From: a virus | Lineage: Duplodnaviria > Caudoviricetes | IMG/VR virus record: IMGVR_UViG_3300044617_001276 | Span: 1-57,789 of that record | DNA: 57,789 nt | Direction: 5' to 3' (one strand) | In this document: piece by piece, positions 51,768-57,789 of the stretch | How the letters are laid out: every line of letters starts with the position of its first letter | How positions within the stretch are numbered: the first letter of the stretch is position 1 | Program-made: the position numbers and the translations under genes | Notes under the pieces: model-generated | Databases searched by the model: none | What the model saw: the letters and a program-made list of their open reading frames with translations, nothing else | Told to the model about the DNA's origin: nothing

Positions 51768-53629
51768 TATGCGGCTCCTTTCAGATACGCGAGAGGACTC
51801 TTGGCGTTGGGGCTGAACTTGCCGCGCGCCAGCGTCTTGCCTTTGTGTTTGCGCAGTTGAGAGCGCATTTTGTCTAACCGTTTTGCGCCTTCGTCTGTTG
51901 AACCGTCACCCAACATCGCAACGGTTTCTGCATCCATGACGTATTCGCCGTCAGAGAGCCGCGCATTGATCGTGTCGTCGCGGCCAGAGCCGCCCCCGCG
52001 CACCAGTCTCGCGACAGCGCCCAACGGCCCACCACCCGCTGCATACATGCCGCCCATGGCCATGTTGTAGATGCCGGAGGAAACTTGCGGCCAATAAGTC
52101 GCCATATATTGGCTCAATGACATGTTGGCGTTGTTTGCGTCGGATTGCAACTTATTCCAATCCCACTTCACGCTCGGACGATTGAAGTATTCTTGTTGCG
52201 CTGGAGACATTGCACTGATGGCTTCGTTCACGGCGGGTGGGCGACTGCCTGCCATGCTGCTCGCCAAAGCGAGTGCCGCAACGTCTTTCACGCCGATGTC
52301 CTTGATGTTCAACATGCTCAATGGCGAAGAACTTTGCACCCCTAATGCAACATCAGACCCCGTCAAACCACTGCCTGAAACTTCTGGTCGGAAACTTATT
52401 TTGTCGCCGGGGATGACAGCGAGGCGCTCCATGCCCGGCGCGTTGCTGGATCCATAAAGCTGCGGCGCGCGACCAGGAATCAATCCTTGTTCGCCGCTCA
52501 TGTAATTCGTCGTGCCCATCCGAGTCATGTCGGCATCAACGCCGGGTTTGACATTGGTTGATCCAAATTTTATTTTTTCTACAACTTGATCAGACGGTTT
52601 CAACCCAGTGCCTGATGAGGTGGTTGGCGACTGAAATTTAGCTTGGACGCCGCTCGCCAACCCGGACAAGCCGCCCATGATCGCGGCGCTTTTGGGGTCG
52701 TATCCTGCGGTCAATGCTTGCCCGGCTGTCTTGCCAGCGGCGCTGAGACCTTGTTGAAACGCTGACGACCCTGACATGCCACCGGCCATCTGGCTGAGCC
52801 CAGAACCGACCGCACCTTGCAATGCGCCTTGTCCGAATCCTTGCCCAGTCAACGCACCAGCCGCGCCGCCCACCAATGCACCACCCAAAACATTTTGAGC
52901 GGTGGAGCCCAAGTTCAGTCCGAGCGTGTTGCTCGCTGTGCTACCGACAGCGCTGCCCAAACCGCTGCCTAAACCGCCCATGATCGCGCCCTTCAATGGG
53001 TCGCCGCCTGTGATCGCTGAACTCACACCGCCGATGATAGCGCTGCCCAACATCGTCGCGGCTGTGCCTGTCGCGCCCAGCGCGGTTCCAATCATGCCGC
53101 CTATTCCAGGAACGATGAAGTTCAATGCTATCGGCAATATTGCGCCAAGAATGCCGCCGCCACTCTTGTATTCGCGCAAGCCGGTGTTGGGGTTGACTGT
53201 GCCAGCGCCGCCCATACGACGCAACATTTCCGCTTCGCGCGGGTTGATGTGGGCGAGCATGCTGTCGCCGCCGCGTCCTGCGGCTTCCAGCTGACGACCT
53301 GCAACCTTCAAGCCGCCGCGAGCGTAACCTTTCGCCGCCAACCGCTCACGGTAGCCATAAAGTGCTACCAACACAGCCAACACGAATGTCGGGTCGTATT
53401 CTTGCGGCGCTTCTTGCTCGCTGATTATGCCATCTTCAATCGCTGCCGCGCGGACGTCAGGGTAACGGCTCGGATCTTGGACGACCGCTTCCAACATGCC
53501 GATTATTTCATCCAGATCCTCCGGCATGATCGGCATGCGCTCCAATTGAGCTTCAATTATGTCGACCGCTTGTTGGACTTGCGGCGTTTGTTTAACTAAT
53601 TCTACGATCGAACGTACGTCCATTTTCAT
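51767..53629 (-). CDS. Gly-rich internal virion/ejection protein
   Basis: GRGGDSMLAHINPREA..L...GG.GT.NPNTGL.EY, glycine-zipper hydrophobic repeats and DDTINARLSDGEYV. Confidence 0.72.
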   Translation of the reverse strand: MKMDVRSIVELVKQTPQVQQAVDIIEAQLERMPIMPEDLDEIIGMLEAVVQDPSRYPDVRAAAIEDGIISEQEAPQEYDPTFVLAVLVALYGYRERLAAKGYARGGLKVAGRQLEAAGRGGDSMLAHINPREAEMLRRMGGAGTVNPNTGLREYKSGGGILGAILPIALNFIVPGIGGMIGTALGATGTAATMLGSAIIGGVSSAITGGDPLKGAIMGGLGSGLGSAVGSTASNTLGLNLGSTAQNVLGGALVGGAAGALTGQGFGQGALQGAVGSGLSQMAGGMSGSSAFQQGLSAAGKTAGQALTAGYDPKSAAIMGGLSGLASGVQAKFQSPTTSSGTGLKPSDQVVEKIKFGSTNVKPGVDADMTRMGTTNYMSGEQGLIPGRAPQLYGSSNAPGMERLAVIPGDKISFRPEVSGSGLTGSDVALGVQSSSPLSMLNIKDIGVKDVAALALASSMAGSRPPAVNEAISAMSPAQQEYFNRPSVKWDWNKLQSDANNANMSLSQYMATYWPQVSSGIYNMAMGGMYAAGGGPLGAVARLVRGGGSGRDDTINARLSDGEYVMDAETVAMLGDGSTDEGAKRLDKMRSQLRKHKGKTLARGKFSPNAKSPLAYLKGAA

Positions 53630-54060
53630 CCCCTACGCCAAGCGTGTGAGTGGTATTCTTCAGCCAAAAAGCCATAAACGTGAAGGTCGTCGTCAGGGAA
53701 CGCTGCGCGCATTACGCCTTCGAGTTTGAAACCAAAATGCTCTGCAATGCGGCGAGACGCAGCATTTTTGCCGGGCACCAATCCTGTGACGCGCGCCAAA
53801 TTTAATTTGTCGAACAAATATCCAAATATGCCATTGAACATCACGATCGTTTCTTTCGGTTTCAATTTCTTTTTGTCTATGACGATATTTAAATCAACAT
53901 TGCGCGGCGAAAAGTTTGTCATCACAACCACACAAACAAATTCGTTTTGTTCATCTACCGCTGCCACAGCTCGGAAAAACTGAGGAAACGCATCCGAATT
54001 CAATTTGCTTCTTGCCCACTGTTCAGCTTCGTCTTCTCGTTCGAACCCAATATACTTCAT
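53626..54060 (-). CDS. GNAT-family acetyltransferase-like protein
   Basis: F.YLF..L...RVTGLV..KN.ASRRIAEHFGFKLEG..R. Confidence 0.8.
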   Translation of the reverse strand: MKYIGFEREDEAEQWARSKLNSDAFPQFFRAVAAVDEQNEFVCVVVMTNFSPRNVDLNIVIDKKKLKPKETIVMFNGIFGYLFDKLNLARVTGLVPGKNAASRRIAEHFGFKLEGVMRAAFPDDDLHVYGFLAEEYHSHAWRRG

Positions 54061-54293
54061 GAGAGTGTTTGCACAAAGCGGTCAGCCCATTCTTCCCAGT
54101 TCTCAAAGTCATAAGGGTTCGGAAAATTGCGCCCCAACGACGTGTTGTTCAAAAACTGCATTGCCCAATTTTGCCAGTTGTCCGGCGAATCCAGCCGCCC
54201 GAACGCCCCATACGGATCCAAATCCAAAGCAACCTGATTGGCCCAATCGACCAATCCCATATAGCGCGGCAAAGTAACATGTGGCAAACTCAT
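54057..54293 (-). CDS. Small Trp-rich virion-module protein
   Basis: 78 aa, coupled on both sides. Confidence 0.65.
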   Translation of the reverse strand: MSLPHVTLPRYMGLVDWANQVALDLDPYGAFGRLDSPDNWQNWAMQFLNNTSLGRNFPNPYDFENWEEWADRFVQTLS

Positions 54294-56140
54294 CCGAGCA
54301 CCGTCCTGTCGCCTGTGTCTAGATGGCCGATGATCTGACCCATCTGATAATCACCATAAACCGAGTTGCTTTCGAACCGCACGCGCAATTCGCGGCGTTG
54401 TTCTTTCAACATCACAATTTGTTCGTACGGTTTGTCAGCCGCAGCGCTGGCAGGGAACTCAAAGTCGGTGCTGAAAACTTCCGGCGCGCGAGCGTTTGCA
54501 CGCCCAGTGATCCTCACCGTCATCGGGCCATTTTGCACGAAATCTGGTTCGATGGCAACGATGCGCAGATATTCATTACGTCCTTGCGGCAATGAGGAAA
54601 GGTCTGCTGTTTCAAAGTAACTTTGGATCGGCCGAATGTTCGAACCGTCATATTCGTCAGTCAGCTGCTCTTGGATCCAAATCTTGTAACCATCGCCATC
54701 GTCCACAACGCCGGACAAAATCGGCGCGGCGAACGCATTGCTGAACTGGCCTGCGGAACGACCGAAATTAGGCAACTCGGTGTCGTACCAACAATTTTCG
54801 CGCAAATTATAAATTACAGCGTGGGTGCATTCAGTCGCGTCGCCGCGTGGATAGCACCACCAAATTTCGCCATAACGCGGCACTTTGAATGCGAACACTT
54901 TGTTCTTTTGATTTTGATTGATGCCGTCGAAAAAATAGTTGAGGTTCATCTGGTTCGGCACTTCACGCACCACACCATTGAACATCAAGAAGCGGTCAAC
55001 GCCGCACCAGAAAAACACGCCGTCGTAATCAATCACGCATTGCGGCGAAATGATCGAGGTGTCGGTAGCAATCACGTCGAACTGGAACACGGTCGCGCCG
55101 CCAGTGAACGTAGCGCGAATGACCGCGTCATAAGCCCAAAAGATTCCTGCCGGGGCGCTGCCGGAGCCTGCGCGCAGCGGCAACCCTTTGACGATCTTTT
55201 GGCCCCAAGGCCGCGCGATGCCTGCGCCGCCTGCGAGGTCAGTCAAGTTCGTCGGCTCACCCGCTTTGGACCAACCGATTATCCCGTCGGTGCCATAATA
55301 AAACAAATAAGGATGCAAGGAAACGATGCCGCCGGTGACGTTGGCGTCAGGCGGCAAAGAAACGCTCACCAGCGGCGCGGTGCCAAGAACGTCACCGAAA
55401 AATATTTGACCGCCGGTGTCGTTGCAAATGCATTCCAAATTTGGCGAAACGTGAGCCAAGATGTAATTTTGATTGCTGGACGAATCGTATTGATAATCGA
55501 ACATCCACAAATTGTCGACTGACCCAGCCAATGCAAACGACCCACCCGCCATGTCCGTATTGGTGGCAGTTATCGTGGTCGTGGTGACGGCAACCGTGTA
55601 ACCGTTCGGGTCAGAACCAACGCTCACGTCAGCTTCAATCGTGATCACTGCACCGACGTTGCTGGCTGTGTAACCGTGCGTGCCGGTGCCTGTGTTGATG
55701 TCGGTGACAACGTCAGCCGCTGTGGTGGACAAATCTGTGTTGAACGCAACCGCGCCGGTGAGGATAGAAACGCCATCAATCGTGATGTCGTCCACGGAAC
55801 CAGACGCGCCGCCAGTCAACGTCACCGTGCAACTGGACGCGACCGCCACAGGCGTCCTGTCGCTGATTACAGAACTGTTGAGTGTGCTGTCGATCGTGAA
55901 CCGCTCAAGATAATTCGCGCTACCAGAATGGCAATAAACGAATCCTTGCTGTGTGAAGTTAGACAACCCACGGCTGATTTCAGTCAAATATTTTTGGGTC
56001 GAGCGATAGCCGCCCATCTTGCGCGGCAATCCGCGCTGCCAACGCACCCATTGTCCGTCGACGTAGAAGTCGCCTTCATACTTCGTTCCATCCCGCTTTA
56101 TTCCAGGATTGGATTTGAGGACGATGGTTGTTTCAGGCAT
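54290..56140 (-). CDS. Tail nozzle/DNA-stabilisation protein (P22 gp10-like)
   Basis: PGIKRDGT, WVRW.RGLP.KMGG and EIWWCYP......YN..E..WY. Beta-rich, and precedes the ejection genes. Confidence 0.72.
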   Translation of the reverse strand: MPETTIVLKSNPGIKRDGTKYEGDFYVDGQWVRWQRGLPRKMGGYRSTQKYLTEISRGLSNFTQQGFVYCHSGSANYLERFTIDSTLNSSVISDRTPVAVASSCTVTLTGGASGSVDDITIDGVSILTGAVAFNTDLSTTAADVVTDINTGTGTHGYTASNVGAVITIEADVSVGSDPNGYTVAVTTTTITATNTDMAGGSFALAGSVDNLWMFDYQYDSSSNQNYILAHVSPNLECICNDTGGQIFFGDVLGTAPLVSVSLPPDANVTGGIVSLHPYLFYYGTDGIIGWSKAGEPTNLTDLAGGAGIARPWGQKIVKGLPLRAGSGSAPAGIFWAYDAVIRATFTGGATVFQFDVIATDTSIISPQCVIDYDGVFFWCGVDRFLMFNGVVREVPNQMNLNYFFDGINQNQKNKVFAFKVPRYGEIWWCYPRGDATECTHAVIYNLRENCWYDTELPNFGRSAGQFSNAFAAPILSGVVDDGDGYKIWIQEQLTDEYDGSNIRPIQSYFETADLSSLPQGRNEYLRIVAIEPDFVQNGPMTVRITGRANARAPEVFSTDFEFPASAAADKPYEQIVMLKEQRRELRVRFESNSVYGDYQMGQIIGHLDTGDRTVLG

Positions 56141-57339
56141 CAGAATGTCCCGCCATCAACAACACCCGCAGGCGCGACGCCCAACGCCGCCCATGCAGCG
56201 GCTTGGTCAACTGCCGTGAACAACGCGATGCCCGTGGAAGTGCCGCCCAAATTAATCCTCGCGCCGCTGGCGGTTGTTGCACTTGTGCCGCCTTCTGCGA
56301 TCGTCAATGGCACGGAAATGCCTTGTGTGGTGGCATTCAAAACATCCGTGCCATCGCAATAAAGGATGACACGCTCGCCTTGTCCGACATTGAATCCTGT
56401 GCCGCCGCCGGAAGGGTCGATCGTTAACGTATACGCCCCGGTCGTTTGGTTGTCTACCCAATACTGTTGCACCGTCGCAGGAACAACAACCGTTCGGTTG
56501 CCGGTCAGCGCCCCCGTGAAACGGTAAGCGATTCTGTTGAGTTCTGACCCGGTGAGCGTATAAGTTCCTGTGCCGGGGATGTTGATGACCGTGTAATCGA
56601 ACGCGAATACGGCAGACTGACCGAAACCGATTGTGTAGAAATTGGAGCCGTCAGACGCGATGATCGCGCTGTCACCCGGCTGGAAACTCAAGGAAACAGC
56701 GCCGTTGATCGTGATCAACCCCGGCGGGTCAGCGAGCACCGCGCCGGAGCCGCTGTTGCGCAAATACATGAACCAGTTGTCGCCGACAGCCGTAGCGTCT
56801 GGCAACGTCAATGTGCCGCCTGCACCCGTCCAATTGTACATCTTGGCCCGGTCGTTGACGCCTGCGGTGTAATTCGCATTGAATGCGGTGACAGGGACAG
56901 ATTGGCTCAACAACGTGCCGACAGCGACGATGCCTGTGCCAGCGAGCGAGCTCGCATTGACTTGGCTGGTTGCCGCGCCATACTGCAATGACCGCCAAGT
57001 GCCTGCGGCGGTCGTGTTGTTGGCGAGATAAACCTGCCACAACTCTCCAGCGGCAATCGTTACAACTTGTGTGCCAGTTGCGTTGCGAACCGTGACAGTG
57101 TTCGCGCCGCGATTGTTGAAAAGGATCGTGTTGCCGGTGCCTGTTTTGTTGGCTTCTGGCAAATAGATGCTCAGCCCTGCGTCAGCTGTCACATCGATGA
57201 TGCGGGTGGCAAGATTTTCATTGGTGGAAGTTTCTTCCGGCCAAGAAAGATAAACGCTCGTGGTCAGCGTGAGCGAGCTATAACTTATCTCGCTAGGATA
57301 AATGTTCGCGCCGCCGAATACGTCGGTATAGATGGTCAT
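56140..57339 (-). CDS. Tail structural protein
   Basis: 399 aa, Thr/Gly-rich. FTGALTGNRTVVVP, and GGT.ATTASGAR.NLG at the C-terminus. Confidence 0.68.
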   Translation of the reverse strand: MTIYTDVFGGANIYPSEISYSSLTLTTSVYLSWPEETSTNENLATRIIDVTADAGLSIYLPEANKTGTGNTILFNNRGANTVTVRNATGTQVVTIAAGELWQVYLANNTTAAGTWRSLQYGAATSQVNASSLAGTGIVAVGTLLSQSVPVTAFNANYTAGVNDRAKMYNWTGAGGTLTLPDATAVGDNWFMYLRNSGSGAVLADPPGLITINGAVSLSFQPGDSAIIASDGSNFYTIGFGQSAVFAFDYTVINIPGTGTYTLTGSELNRIAYRFTGALTGNRTVVVPATVQQYWVDNQTTGAYTLTIDPSGGGTGFNVGQGERVILYCDGTDVLNATTQGISVPLTIAEGGTSATTASGARINLGGTSTGIALFTAVDQAAAWAALGVAPAGVVDGGTF

Positions 57340-57789
57340 TACGCTTCACTCCTGTTCGCGGTGCGATCCATGATGCGCTTCAAATCTTCGCCGCTCAGAG
57401 CTTGCGCCGCACGATCATACATAGCTTGCCACGTTTGGATGCGCTCGTCTTTTTTCAAGAATGGCGCGGCTTCCAGCAACGTGGCATAAAGCAACAAGTC
57501 AGGCGCGTATTCCGTGAGCCAGTTGGTTTGGAAATCTTCACCCAAGAATCTTGGCTGCTCGTAATACAAGATTTCCCACGTTTGCGCGGCGTCAGGCGTC
57601 GGAGCGATTATCCAATGTTGATAATCATAGTCGGCATAAAACTCTGGTGTGTCGGTTTGCGACTCATCAGGCCAGTAATTGCGGATGTATTCGTAAGAGC
57701 GCGCGAACAGCGGCGCGTTGTCGACCGTCATGCTTACGGTGTCGCGCCAGCGGTCTGGCTTGAGATAAACGGCTACCCCGACTTGCAGC
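57339..57789 (-). CDS. Head-tail adaptor-like virion protein, 3' part (starts at 207)
   Basis: The frame is open to the window end and continuous with 1-207. Confidence 0.75.
   Translation of the reverse strand, partial: LQVGVAVYLKPDRWRDTVSMTVDNAPLFARSYEYIRNYWPDESQTDTPEFYADYDYQHWIIAPTPDAAQTWEILYYEQPRFLGEDFQTNWLTEYAPDLLLYATLLEAAPFLKKDERIQTWQAMYDRAAQALSGEDLKRIMDRTANRSEA
57765..57789. repeat. Terminal overlap with 1-25
   Basis: 24/25 identity. Confidence 0.95.

Noticed and set aside
1-57789. Prophage or temperate lifestyle, tRNA genes, alternative genetic code
   Set aside because: No integrase, repressor pair or host flanks were seen, and no tRNA cloverleaf was noticed by eye. Genes are full length in the standard code and use all three stop codons.

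Overview
The window is an apparently complete, circularly permuted ~57.76 kb genome of a lytic podovirus-like tailed phage. The first and last 25 nt overlap with one synonymous mismatch, and one gene reads in frame across the junction. No integrase, tRNA, CRISPR array, RNA polymerase or reverse transcriptase was seen. The host is probably a betaproteobacterium (inference from small-gene families and AGAAAGGA ribosome-binding sites). The minus strand carries a split primase/helicase, a candidate iteron origin, terminase, portal, GroES, scaffold, major capsid, tail fibres, three paralogous 7-repeat propeller proteins, a glycosyltransferase-methyltransferase fusion, holin/lysozyme, nozzle and ejection proteins. 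The plus strand (30.7-45.7 kb) carries early genes and a replication module with DnaQ-like exonuclease, DnaE-type polymerase, nuclease, SNF2 helicase and SSB. The strongest candidate for an undescribed system is the operon at 33146-38241, directly upstream of the phage's own DnaE. It holds a UDP-galactopyranose-mutase-like flavoprotein, a ThyX homologue that has lost the folate-stacking His and carries an altered RHRx7S motif, DenV, a HAD phosphatase, a DUF6378/MazG-like protein, an SDR and a VOC-fold enzyme. Together these look like a pathway making a non-canonical pyrimidine nucleotide for incorporation into phage DNA. Other notable signals are a candidate double-pseudoknot RNA after the capsid gene, AT-rich hypervariable propeller cassettes, and a recurring [YFM]xxGG motif in internal virion proteins. 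All product calls come from motif recognition by eye, not from database searches.
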